From a virus: a stretch of DNA of 64,000 bases. Both the position numbers and the translations under genes were made by a program. The stretch is from IMG/VR virus record IMGVR_UViG_3300028563_000018, positions 1 through 64,000 of that record. One strand, written 5' to 3'. Under the pieces are notes generated by a model that had not been told where the DNA came from, searched no databases, and was given only the letters and a program-made list of their open reading frames with translations. Below, in pieces: positions 9,463-18,720 of the stretch; the first letter of the stretch is position 1; the number at the start of each line of letters is the position of its first letter.

Positions 9463-11286
9463 TGAGCCAGCAAGAGATCACTCGATGGACCTGCGATCGG
9501 TGCGGTCACACTGTGGATCAACCCGATCGGCCCGAGGTCTGGCAGACAGTCGGAGGTCGTGACGTTTGCTTCACGTGCATGCAAATCGTCAATCGGTTCG
9601 TGAACTCCGGGCCACCCGATGTCGCGAAGCTAGAGAAGTACCTCCAGACCATTCAGACCGTGACGCCCGCGGTCGTTCGACGAGTGTTGAAGCTCACGAC
9701 CGGCAGCGAGGAGGTCGGTCGTGGCTAAGAAGAAAGTGCCCCAGGAACGCTGCCTGGTGTGTCTCCAGAAGCCGTGCGAGTGCAAGCGTGTGCCCGCGTC
9801 ATCGTGGAAATCTGACGAGGAATATCTACCGCTCGACTACTTCGGACCGACCGCATCGTCAGTCGACGCCGTTCTCCAGATTCTAAACGCCGAGGAGGTG
9901 AGCGATGCCCCCGAAGGGTAGAACCCTGTACGACCCCGACAACAAGTTGGTGCGTGCGTTCGTCGAAGCGAGCGAAAAGACGAAGACGCCTGCCGAGCTG
10001 CGGGAGCTCGCACGCCGGCGCCCGCTGCTCGAGCTGACTTCGCCCGGTCTACTTCGGGTGCTCGATATGGTTGCCGGTCGGAGTTCCTACTCGGCACGTC
10101 GTGTCGGGAGATTGCGACGTGACCTGAAGTACGTGTACGACGAGGCGAAGCGCGCGGGGATCCTGCCGTGAACAGCGCTCCCAAGGTGTCACTCGTCAAC
10201 ATGAACGACGACGCTCTCTACTGCATTGAGTGTTCAGACAGATTCGCCTGCGACCACGTCCTCAACTACATGCGTGAGAACAAGGATATTCATCTCCCGA
10301 TCGGCTCTGTTTGGGTACCGATGTTCAAGACAGTAACGGTCGCCGCGTACGAACTTAAACCCTGGTCGATCCCCGTAATCGTCGGTCCCGAAGACTCCAA
10401 CCACATCGGGACCGTCCACTACGCCGCACCTAGCGATCATCTCGCGATGGGTGATGTGCTCTGTCTCGTCGGTCAGTACGACGGCCGCTACGCGATCCGC
10501 ACAGCGATCCTGAACGACCTGCACGCAATCGAGAAGGAGGGCCAGGGGCACTGTGGGGGCGAGTATCACGATGGTCGGTTCGATGTGCAATACGCGGGAT
10601 CCTCGATGGCACGCGCAAGACTGGTCGACACGTACTACCGCCGATACATCGGAGAGTGTTATCCGTGTCACCTCAGAAGCCAGTCCGGAAACGCGATCCC
10701 AGGAGGACTGAACGAGATTCAGCAGAACCTGCCGCCGAGGGCAGTCAAGTCAGTAAACCGGAAGACGGCGCGACGAGTATGAGCGCGTCCGACCTGATCA
10801 GCACGGAGGGGCGCGTTCGGGGTCGCGAGAACATCGACTACCGCTGCGACGAGTGCGGCACGCGCAAGAAGCGTGACGAACTCTTCGTGAAGCACATCCA
10901 GTGGCGCACGATGGGGAAAGGTCCACAGACGGTCCGAGCCCGCGTCGTCGCGTGGGTGTGCGGCGCGTGCATGAAGAAGGACCCCGACTACAACCGCACC
11001 CGGTTCGCCGACGCGCATGGGCACGCCCACACGAGTATCGGCAGACGGGCGATCATGGAGAAACAACCCGACAAGGAGAAATTCGATGGCTGAGCGGCTT
11101 CCAGAGCCTCACAAGAGTACGTTCCAGGGCGCCTTAGAGCGCAACTACGAAGAGGCTATCGAACTACTTCAACAGGTGGACCAGGCCGCACCAAAGAAGA
11201 AGAATACATACGCTCACAACGCCACCGTCCGCTGGACGATCATCGGCGAGATTCGCAAATACCTCCGCGAAGTTGGGCGTGGATGA
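9459..11286 (+). other. cluster of small hypothetical genes, several with CxxC zinc-ribbon motifs (9459-9728, 9721-9921, 9905-10171, 10168-10782, 10779-11093, 11086-11286)
   Basis: Coupled ORFs; CDRC...CFTC and CDEC...CGAC motifs; a CAACCCGACAAGG box at 11064 precedes 11086. Confidence 0.55.
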
Positions 11287-11933
11287 GAATGCCGCGCCGG
11301 ATAGCTAAATCTTCACAGCCCGGCTACTACGCCAAGAAGGAGTGGAACAAGGGCCGCGACTCTTGGGCGCAACTCAACGGAACAGAGTTCACCCTGTTCG
11401 TCGGCGACGGCGATCCCGAGAACGACGACCACATCGAGACGCCCGGCATCCCGTCCGTGCGAGTGCTCATCCGCAACGGGAACCGCGCTCCCACTCCGAT
11501 CACCCTGTCGAACATGACGGCCAACGAACTAGAGGTAATGCGCCTCTTTTGGGAACGCGCCATCAGCACAGCCCGACCGATCTGCGCGGCACTCGATGAA
11601 CGCGCTCAGGACAATCTTCAAGGAGGAACCGATGACGACGACTCTCTGCTCAGGCTCTATCGGCCAGTACCTCGACTCATTGTGCGCAATGGGCATGAGC
11701 CCACACACCGTGCGGGCTTACTCGTCGGACCTGAGAGCGATGGCGAGTTGGTTGGACCTGCACCCGGACGCCCAAGCGACTACCGAGACTCGGATAGCGA
11801 CCTATTTGACGACCCACCGTTCGAGTTGGAGCGCGAACACGACCAACCGGAAGTTGACAGCGGTGCGGTCCTGGGCGCGCTTCCAGGGGGAGCCGACGTT
11901 CCTGGAGAACTACCGGGCGCCGAAGGCGGCTGA
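11283..11933 (+). CDS. hypothetical protein; 3' part overlaps the recombinase gene
   Basis: ATGA-coupled start; acidic tail encoded in an alternate frame of the recombinase 5' region. Confidence 0.5.
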   Translation: MRMPRRIAKSSQPGYYAKKEWNKGRDSWAQLNGTEFTLFVGDGDPENDDHIETPGIPSVRVLIRNGNRAPTPITLSNMTANELEVMRLFWERAISTARPICAALDERAQDNLQGGTDDDDSLLRLYRPVPRLIVRNGHEPTHRAGLLVGPESDGELVGPAPGRPSDYRDSDSDLFDDPPFELEREHDQPEVDSGAVLGALPGGADVPGELPGAEGG

Positions 11934-12462
11934 CCAAGAGCCCCACCCCATCAGGGAGGGAATACCAGGGATCGACCGGATGCTCGAGATTCCGGTTACG
12001 CCATCCAAGAAAGCTCTTGTCGCCTTGTGTGGCCTGTGCGGATTGCGCGTTTCGGAAGCGTGCGCAGTACGTCCAGAAGATATCGACATCGACCGTTTAC
12101 TCCTTCGTGTTCGTGGGAAGGGTGACAAGACGCGCTACGTTCCGATCTCACGCAAAGCATGGATGCACATCATGCCTGCCGTCTTGGATGCGAGCATCGC
12201 GGGCGCTGTAGGGCGCTCTACGCTCGTCGGAACAGGTGAACGGTCCGCACGGGCGTCCATCACGTCGATTGCCCGGAGAGCGAAGCTCAGGCGGCGTGTG
12301 GCGTCGCATGATCTGCGCGCCACCTTCGCCACCGCGGCGCTCGACGCGACGAAGGATCTGCTCGCGGTCCAGCAGTTGTTGGGACACGCGGATCCGGCGA
12401 CGACGCAGATTTACACGAGTGTCTCGGAAGCACGTCGGCGTGACGCGGTGGAGGCGTTGTGA
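11632..12462 (+). CDS. XerC/D-like tyrosine recombinase (no arm-binding domain)
   Basis: RBS AGGAGG; 'GLRVSE', 'VRGKGDKTR', 'HDLRATFAT', 'LLGHADPATTQIY' give the R-K-H-R-H-Y catalytic set. Confidence 0.9.
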   Translation: MTTTLCSGSIGQYLDSLCAMGMSPHTVRAYSSDLRAMASWLDLHPDAQATTETRIATYLTTHRSSWSANTTNRKLTAVRSWARFQGEPTFLENYRAPKAADQEPHPIREGIPGIDRMLEIPVTPSKKALVALCGLCGLRVSEACAVRPEDIDIDRLLLRVRGKGDKTRYVPISRKAWMHIMPAVLDASIAGAVGRSTLVGTGERSARASITSIARRAKLRRRVASHDLRATFATAALDATKDLLAVQQLLGHADPATTQIYTSVSEARRRDAVEAL

Positions 12463-12659
12463 TGGAATACGAGTGCGGCACATGCGGCTCGCGCATTCTT
12501 GTGTTCTACGCGCAACCAGATCACCCCGCTGGACGCGTGTTCTGTGCTGATGGGTCACCAGAAAAATCGCACTGGGAGGTGATGTGCGGCGAGGGTCACC
12601 CGTTTGTGCCATACCCCGGTATGCGAATCGAGATCGATAGTCGAACGCAGCCGTTGTAA
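12462..12659 (+). CDS. small Cys/His-rich hypothetical protein
   Basis: Coupled ORF; 'YECGTCG'. Confidence 0.5.
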   Translation: MEYECGTCGSRILVFYAQPDHPAGRVFCADGSPEKSHWEVMCGEGHPFVPYPGMRIEIDSRTQPL

Positions 12660-12739
12660 TAGATAAAGATCCATCCAGCAGCTTGTAGAAGAGCATTCCC
12701 CTTCTTGTAGGGTCGGGCGGAACAGAAGTACCAGCCTCA

Positions 12740-12794
12740 TCGGGACCTGCCGGCAAAGCGTCTCCCGAGCCGAACCCCACAGGAGTTGCAGATC
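12740..12794 (+). promoter_or_regulatory. leader element A (hairpin loop CCTGCCGGCAAAGCG + AACCCCACAGGAG + GCAGATC)
   Basis: Stem TCGGGA/TCCCGA encloses the conserved loop, immediately upstream of ATG 12796. Confidence 0.8.
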
Positions 12795-12795
12795 A

Positions 12796-13416
12796 ATGAG
12801 TATTTTCAATCGCGACCGCGATCAAGAGGAAGAGCAAGTCGAAGCTGGTGACGGGAGTGAGGGCATCGCAGCCCCGGTAGTCGCCGACCCGCCGGTCGAG
12901 GCCGTCGAAGCTGTCGAAGAGCAGCAGGACGAAATCGACGGTTGGGAAGACCCCGAGCCTGCGCACGCGAGCACGGAGTCGCCCGAGGAACCGCCGACCG
13001 AGGAAGAGCAGCTCGACGACGACGAGCGTCGCCCTCGCGGGTGGCTCGAGTCCGACATCGAGAAGCTGATCAAGGCGATCCAGTCGGGTGAGGTGACGAT
13101 CGATCCGGTCGGCGCTCCGCTCACGCCGCACCTTCTGTCCAAGACCCTCACTAACGTCGAGGGGCTCGCGAAGGCGCCGTCCACTGGTGCCGTCTCGGCG
13201 GTGCTCGACCGGTGGGTCAACGTCGGTGCGGCCGAGACGAGTTCCAGGCCGTACGCGTTTGTCGACTTCACCCCCCAGGCGAAGGAGCACGGTATCGCCG
13301 GTCTCAAGCAGGCAATCAAGGACCAGCGCAAGGCCGAGAAGCAGGCCCAGAAGGACGCCGACACCGAGGCAGCGAAGCAGGCCGCGATCGAGGCTGCGGC
13401 TGACGCGGCGGAGTAG
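12796..13416 (+). CDS. acidic hypothetical protein, possibly nucleic-acid binding
   Basis: RBS AGGAG; E/D/P-rich N-terminus, compact central domain, K/A-rich C-terminal helix. Confidence 0.7.
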   Translation: MSIFNRDRDQEEEQVEAGDGSEGIAAPVVADPPVEAVEAVEEQQDEIDGWEDPEPAHASTESPEEPPTEEEQLDDDERRPRGWLESDIEKLIKAIQSGEVTIDPVGAPLTPHLLSKTLTNVEGLAKAPSTGAVSAVLDRWVNVGAAETSSRPYAFVDFTPQAKEHGIAGLKQAIKDQRKAEKQAQKDADTEAAKQAAIEAAADAAE

Positions 13417-13517
13417 TTACCAGGTGGAGCGGCCGGTGTACTACGCTTGGTGCCGTCTCCCTTACCTTGTCGGGTTGGTAGACACGTGGAGGGCCTGGAG
13501 CGATCCAGGTCCTTCAC
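13417..13517 (+). ncRNA. candidate 3'-UTR-derived antisense sRNA-2 ending in a GNRA-capped hairpin
   Basis: TCTCCCT-TA-CCTTGTCGGGTTGGTA (13456-13480) is the reverse complement of the CCAACCCGACA box + AGGGAGA; 14-bp stem 13486-13517 with GCGA loop. Confidence 0.6.
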
Positions 13518-13536
13518 CGCGTCAGGTTGCGATCTC

Positions 13537-13866
13537 GTGACGGACCTGATCGTCCAGGAAGACCCCGAGCCCGACCCCCTTCGCGGCGGCAAGCATTACG
13601 AGCACACGCCGGAGCTACCCCCGAGGCCGTTCCTCTACTCGATCGATCAGGTCGCCGCCCTTCTGTACGTCGACCTGGGCTACCTGAAGAGCAGGTACCT
13701 CCACTACGAGGGACGCACGCTCGGGCCGCACTACCCCGACTACATCTTGGTTCGCAACATCGCACCGAAGGGCAACGCTCCCGACTGGCGATGCGCTGAG
13801 CAGGAGTTCGCGCGCTGGTTGAAGCACAAGGGGTTTCGACTGCACCAGCGCGGGTGGGTGTCCTAA
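13537..13866 (+). CDS. putative HTH DNA-binding protein
   Basis: 'LYSIDQVAALLYVD' resembles an excisionase/MerR-like HTH start. Confidence 0.5.
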   Translation: MTDLIVQEDPEPDPLRGGKHYEHTPELPPRPFLYSIDQVAALLYVDLGYLKSRYLHYEGRTLGPHYPDYILVRNIAPKGNAPDWRCAEQEFARWLKHKGFRLHQRGWVS

Positions 13867-13962
13867 AACAACACGAGAACAACGGATACTGAGCACAAGA
13901 CACTCGAATTTGCTCACGCCACAAGCAGAAATAAAGATTTTCTAGGAATGACGGTTACCAGC

Positions 13963-13991
13963 TTGAAGCGTGATCTATCACGCAATAGCTT
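13963..13991 (+). promoter_or_regulatory. sigma-A-like promoter with a palindrome in the spacer
   Basis: TTGAAG-N17-TAGCTT; GCGTGAT-CT-ATCACGC at 13968-13983. Confidence 0.6.
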
Positions 13992-14006
13992 GCTTTCTTA
14001 CCAGGG

Positions 14007-14076
14007 GGCGGCGCGTCCTGCCGGCAAAGCGAACGCGCGCCACCTGCCTTTGCCGAACCCACAGGAGTACCTTCAG
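14007..14076 (+). promoter_or_regulatory. leader element B
   Basis: GC stem around CCTGCCGGCAAAGCGAAC (14017-14034), then AACCCACAGGAG (14056-14067), upstream of ATG 14077. Confidence 0.8.
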
Positions 14077-14898
14077 ATGGCCCTTGTTCCCAGCGCGCCC
14101 GGACTCGAGAACTACACCGGGATGGACGACCTCAGTCCTGAAGACCTGACGATGCCTCGGTTGGCAATCGGGTCGAACGAGAACGCAGGTGTGTTCATCG
14201 ACAGCCAGACCTCGCAGAAGTTCAGCGAGGTCGACATCATCATCCTCGGGATCATCAAGCAGCGGATCTTGTGGCCCGCCACGATGGGCGACCAGAAGTC
14301 GAACCCGCTGTGCCGGTCGTACGACTTCGACCGCGGTCATCCCGACGAGGACAAGTTCCCCTGGAAGCAGAGCGGCTACGACAAGGCCGTCATCCTCGGA
14401 ACCGAAGACAAGACGATCCCCTGCGACGCGTGTCCGTTGAAGGACTGGGGTTCGCACCCGGCGCGCGAGAAGGTGCCGTGGTGCAACGAGCAGATCGTGC
14501 TCGCGATCCTGTTGGCGCCGAGTTACTCCCCGGCGATCCTGACAGTGCAGGGATCGGGGCTCAAGCCGACCAGGGCGTACCTGACGAGCTTCACGCGTGA
14601 TCGGCTCCCGCCCTTCAACTGCGTCACGCACGTCGAATTGGACGTGAACACGCGCGGCACCGTCACCTACAGCGTGCCGAGGTTCAGCAAGCCCGGCGAG
14701 CAGACCGACGTCGACAAGTACGGCGAGTACGTCACGACGTACGAGGGCATGCGCAGGTTCGTGCAGACGCCCAGGTCTCGTGATGACGAGAATACCGACG
14801 CGACTCCCGCTACGTCTACGGCGAAGAGCACGCCCGCACCAGCTCCCGTAGCTGCGAGTGATGTCGATGCCGACGACGACGGGCCGCTTCCCTTTTAG
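14077..14898 (+). CDS. single-stranded DNA-binding-like protein
   Basis: Flexible P/A/T linker and acidic 'DDDGPLPF' SSB-Ct-like tail; replication-gene context. Confidence 0.6.
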   Translation: MALVPSAPGLENYTGMDDLSPEDLTMPRLAIGSNENAGVFIDSQTSQKFSEVDIIILGIIKQRILWPATMGDQKSNPLCRSYDFDRGHPDEDKFPWKQSGYDKAVILGTEDKTIPCDACPLKDWGSHPAREKVPWCNEQIVLAILLAPSYSPAILTVQGSGLKPTRAYLTSFTRDRLPPFNCVTHVELDVNTRGTVTYSVPRFSKPGEQTDVDKYGEYVTTYEGMRRFVQTPRSRDDENTDATPATSTAKSTPAPAPVAASDVDADDDGPLPF

Positions 14899-14904
14899 TT
14901 CTTC

Positions 14905-15002
14905 GCGCGCGTCCGGCTCCCCCAATACGGACGTGCGTTGGGTCGGCCCCATCGCTCGCGAGGACCCCCAACCTCGTTGAGCATCCCCGCTGGGGCCGAC
15001 CC
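14905..15002 (+). ncRNA. 6C-like structured RNA with C-rich loops
   Basis: Hairpin 14905-14938 with loop GCTCCCCCAATA; hairpin 14940-15002 (GGGTCGGCCCCA/TGGGGCCGACCC) with apical loop ACCCCCAA. Confidence 0.55.
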
Positions 15003-15049
15003 GCCGTTCTATCTCCGCGTGGAAACCCAACCCGATATCGAGGTACGGC

Positions 15050-15988
15050 ATGTGGTTCCTGAAGGCAGTTGCTAGAGGTAATGCCGGCAAGACCCTGGAC
15101 GGCAACGGCTGTCTCGCCGTGATCATCGTCATCGCTTTGGTTTGGGTCATCTCTGCCTTCTGGTGGGGATGGCTCTTCATGGTCATCACTGGTGCGTGCG
15201 GATGGCACATCCCGTACTTCCCGACAGGCGTTGCGTTCGGGTTCCTTCTCTCAATGGTGCTCGGCTGATGGTCTGGGCCATGTTCGGCTACGGCAGCGAG
15301 GACGAGTACAACGCCGCCCGCGCTGAACGCGAGAAGCAGATGGACGAGGCCCAGGCGCAGAGCGACCTGACCAACCATCAAGTCGTGCGCGTGATGAACG
15401 AGCTCGACGAAGAGCACTGCACGGTGTTCTACAAGGTGCTCGCCCAGGTCCGTGATGCTGGGAACGTGAGTTCCCTGGAAGCAGTCACCGCGGCCTTCTG
15501 GATCGGCGTGCTCCGTGGGCGCCTCAATGCCGTGTTCGGCGTGTGCATGTCGTGCGGCAAGAAGCACGACGACGAGTTCGCACGTCTCATCGAAAACCAA
15601 CCCGACAAGGACACTCCCTCATGAAGAAGCGCACCCTGCGCGTATGGCTCGCGAGCCATCCGTGGCACAAGGACGACGTGCGTGGCGTGGCGATCTTCAC
15701 CGTTTTGGCGGGGGCGCTCTACTGCTACGACCGTCCGTTGGACGACGACAATGCCGAGTGCGTGCACGTGTACGCGCCGGGTGCGTGGGTCAGCGCGGAG
15801 TGGTTGGGATGAAAATCAAGAGCCGAGTCGAGGCACGCAATCAGATCCTCGACGCCGCAAACCGAGCGCGTCGAGAACCGAGCCATCCGTGGCTGACGAT
15901 GAAGCATCTTCAGCGCGCGGTATTTCGGTGTCGCCAGCGCGGGCTCGTCAGCGCTCAGACACTCGTCGACGCGGGATTCAGATCATGA
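15050..15988 (+). other. small genes: membrane protein 15050-15268; hypotheticals 15268-15624, 15621-15812, 15809-15988
   Basis: Coupled ORFs; CCAACCCGA boxes at 15027 and 15597. Confidence 0.55.
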
Positions 15989-17439
15989 CCCTCACGACGG
16001 CGACCCGCGGGTCGCTCAAGAAGATCCGTGATGATCTCGCGCTGTACCCCCACCAGATCGACGGGATCCGAACCCTCGCGCGCCGCAGCAGCTTCCTTCT
16101 CGCCGACGAGATGGGGCTCGGCAAGAGCATCCAGGCGCTCACGGTCGCAGCGATCGACTTCGAGAAGAACCCGAACGCTCGCGTGCTCATTGTGGCGCCC
16201 GCCTCCCTGAAGTGGAACTGGCAAGCCGAGATCTTGGCCTTCACCTACTTCAACTGCCTGATCCTGGACGGCACGCGCAAGCAACGCGACATGCAGTTGC
16301 TCCAGTTCTCCAGTAACGAGTTCGACATCCTGATCGTCAACTACGAACAAGTCGTCGCCCATCTCGACGACATCAACGCTCTGCACTTCAACATCGTGAT
16401 CGCCGATGAAGCGCACCTGATCAAGTCACCGAAAGCGAAGCGCACGAAGGCTCTCCAGGGCATCGAGGCTGACCGGTTCTTCCTGCTGACCGGGTCGCCG
16501 TTGCTCAACCAGGCCAACGATCTCTGGTCGCTGATCTACCGGATCGACCCGAATCTGTTCCCCAAGTATTACTCGTTCATCCAGAGATTTTGCGTCATGG
16601 GTGGCTACCAGGGCAAGCAGATCGTCGGTGTGAAGCACCACCGAGAGCTGTCCGAGAAGCTCAACTCCGTCATGCTGCGGCGCGAGAAGAAGGACGTGCT
16701 CGATCTGCCCGACAAGATCCGCATCCCGATCGTAGTGGACCTTCATCCCGAGCAGGCGAAGCTCTACAAGCAGGCCGTCGAGGAACTCCAGATCACGTTG
16801 CCGGATCGCCCGGATGCGATGGAACTTGAGAACGCGCTCACGAAGATGCTGCGCCTCAAGATGATTTGCGGGACGACGGCCTGCATTCCCGGCTACCCCG
16901 ACCATTCTTCCAAACTCGATATTGCTGTCGAGAGAGCGTGCGAAGTGATTGCGGGGGGCGAGCCAGTCGTAATCTTCACGCAGTTCCGCGAGGTACAGCG
17001 GTGCATGGTCGAGCGGCTCAAGAAGTTGGGTCACGAATCGTTCGTACTCAACGGCGATACGCCGATGAAGGATCGCGTGCCGACCGTGCAGCGATGGGAG
17101 GCGACAGCGACGCGCCAGGGCCTCACCCCGAAGAACCCAAGCGCACTTGTCGCCATGCTGCAAGTCGCCGGCGTCGGGCTCAACATGACCGCTGCCTCGA
17201 CTGCGATCTTCATCGACAAGCTCTGGGTGCCCGCGCTGAACATCCAGGCCGAAGATCGTCTGCACCGCATCGGGCAGAAGAGCACGGTGACCATCATCGA
17301 GGTCATCGCTCGTAAGACCGTCGAGCAGCGCGTGCTCCAGATCTTGCAACGCAAATCGAAGTTGTTCGGCACGTTGATCGGAGACAACGACAAGTTCAAG
17401 CGCGCTCTCGTGGAGAGCCTGATGGATGAGGACTTCTGA
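15985..17439 (+). CDS. SNF2-family helicase
   Basis: 'LADEMGLGKS', 'DEAH', 'LTGSP', 'GVGLNMT', 'QAEDRLHRIGQ'. Confidence 0.92.
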   Translation: MTLTTATRGSLKKIRDDLALYPHQIDGIRTLARRSSFLLADEMGLGKSIQALTVAAIDFEKNPNARVLIVAPASLKWNWQAEILAFTYFNCLILDGTRKQRDMQLLQFSSNEFDILIVNYEQVVAHLDDINALHFNIVIADEAHLIKSPKAKRTKALQGIEADRFFLLTGSPLLNQANDLWSLIYRIDPNLFPKYYSFIQRFCVMGGYQGKQIVGVKHHRELSEKLNSVMLRREKKDVLDLPDKIRIPIVVDLHPEQAKLYKQAVEELQITLPDRPDAMELENALTKMLRLKMICGTTACIPGYPDHSSKLDIAVERACEVIAGGEPVVIFTQFREVQRCMVERLKKLGHESFVLNGDTPMKDRVPTVQRWEATATRQGLTPKNPSALVAMLQVAGVGLNMTAASTAIFIDKLWVPALNIQAEDRLHRIGQKSTVTIIEVIARKTVEQRVLQILQRKSKLFGTLIGDNDKFKRALVESLMDEDF

Positions 17440-17648
17440 TGCCCCGCACGGCTGGCGAACTCACGCAGAAGGCAGAGACGCCCGAGCAGGTGTTCTACAC
17501 GATCCAGCAGGTCGCCGTGATGTTCCAGGTGAGCGCCGAGACGATTCGGAAGTGGATCAAGGAAGACAAGCTCAACGCGAAGAAGTACGGCAAGAACTGG
17601 CGCATCACGCGGCAGAACATCACGGATTTTGTGGAGGCAAGCAAGTGA
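17439..17648 (+). CDS. excisionase-family HTH DNA-binding protein
   Basis: 'YTIQQVAVMFQVSAETIRKWIKEDKLNAKKYGKNWRI'. Confidence 0.85.
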   Translation: MPRTAGELTQKAETPEQVFYTIQQVAVMFQVSAETIRKWIKEDKLNAKKYGKNWRITRQNITDFVEASK

Positions 17649-17751
17649 ATGAGATCGATGACCCACTGAGCCCCGCCAAGGGAATCATCCTCGGCGTGGT
17701 ACTCGGGAGCGTGTTCTGGCTGGTCGTCGCGCTCGTCGCCTGGAGGGCACT

Positions 17752-18381
17752 GTGATCATCTTGGATTGCGAGACAACAGGCCTTGACCCCAATGAAGATC
17801 TCATGCTCGAGATCGCGCTGCTGCACGTCACTGACGACCTGACGCGAGTGCTCAGTCGGTTCGACAGCCTCATCAGGTTCGATTTCGCCTGGTGGGGTGG
17901 GCAGATCAACTCCCGCAAGACCGGCGAGCCGCATCCGGCACATGTCGTGATGGAGATGCACCAGAAGTCCGGCTTATGGGACGAGCTGGAGTTCACGAAG
18001 CACTCGGCGCCGCATCTGCGCACCGTCGAGGAGAGCATCTTCACCTGGTTAGACGACCAGGAGTCGCGCTTCGGCATCGAGGTCGCACAGGAACCACTCG
18101 TGGGTTCGACAATCTCGTTCGACCGGTCGTTCCTGAAGGTCCACATGCCTGATGTCGAGAAGCGGTTCCACTACCGCAACATCGACGTGTCGAGCGTGAA
18201 GGAACTGACGCGCCGCTGGCGCGCGCCGGTGTACGCACACCTGCCGGAATCTCGCAAGATCCACCGAGCCGTGCCCGACTGTTACGACACGCTGAACGAA
18301 CTTCTCTTCTACAAGCAGCGCGTGCTCGACCTACTGAGCACGCCGTACACGCCCTTCAAGCACGAATGGCCCGAGACGTGA
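17752..18381 (+). CDS. orn: oligoribonuclease (DEDDh exonuclease)
   Basis: 'LDCETTGLD', 'MHQKSGL', 'FDRSFL', 'FHYRNIDVSSVKEL', 'HRA' are Orn motifs. Confidence 0.85.
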   Translation: MIILDCETTGLDPNEDLMLEIALLHVTDDLTRVLSRFDSLIRFDFAWWGGQINSRKTGEPHPAHVVMEMHQKSGLWDELEFTKHSAPHLRTVEESIFTWLDDQESRFGIEVAQEPLVGSTISFDRSFLKVHMPDVEKRFHYRNIDVSSVKELTRRWRAPVYAHLPESRKIHRAVPDCYDTLNELLFYKQRVLDLLSTPYTPFKHEWPET

Positions 18382-18720
18382 GCGCGCCCTACGTCAATCG
18401 CATCGAGCACGTCGAGTGTGGTGTTGACGAGATCGACGCGAAGATTGCCGACTACCTGCGTGGCTGGCGACTGACGCACGTTGTGCCGCCGCTTGAAGGG
18501 CAGTCGACCGTCAGCAGGTGGCATCTTTTCTTTCAACGCGAGACGGAGGACGCGTGACGACCGTCGCGGAACTCATCCCCGGCCAAATCGTGTCGCACCT
18601 GTGGCCCGAGGTGCCGAATGGCATCAAGCGCGCAGTGTTCGTAGCGCGCACCGAACATCCGGTCTACCCGTCACTGCAACTGCGACCTACAACGAATGGG
18701 CTCGCAGGAGACGCGTTCGC

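Noticed and set aside
12746-12762. GGCAAAGC loop as a c-di-GMP-I riboswitch
   Set aside because: Lacks the two-stem GNRA/receptor architecture; similarity limited to a few bases
13447-13536. ORF-track N-terminus of 13447-13866
   Set aside because: Runs through the sRNA-2/hairpin region without an RBS; GTG 13537 preferred
13978-15600. Long antisense ORFs (this one, 24114-25499, 54696-56477, 49470-50957 and similar)
   Set aside because: Shadow ORFs expected opposite real genes in GC-rich DNA; no recognisable motifs
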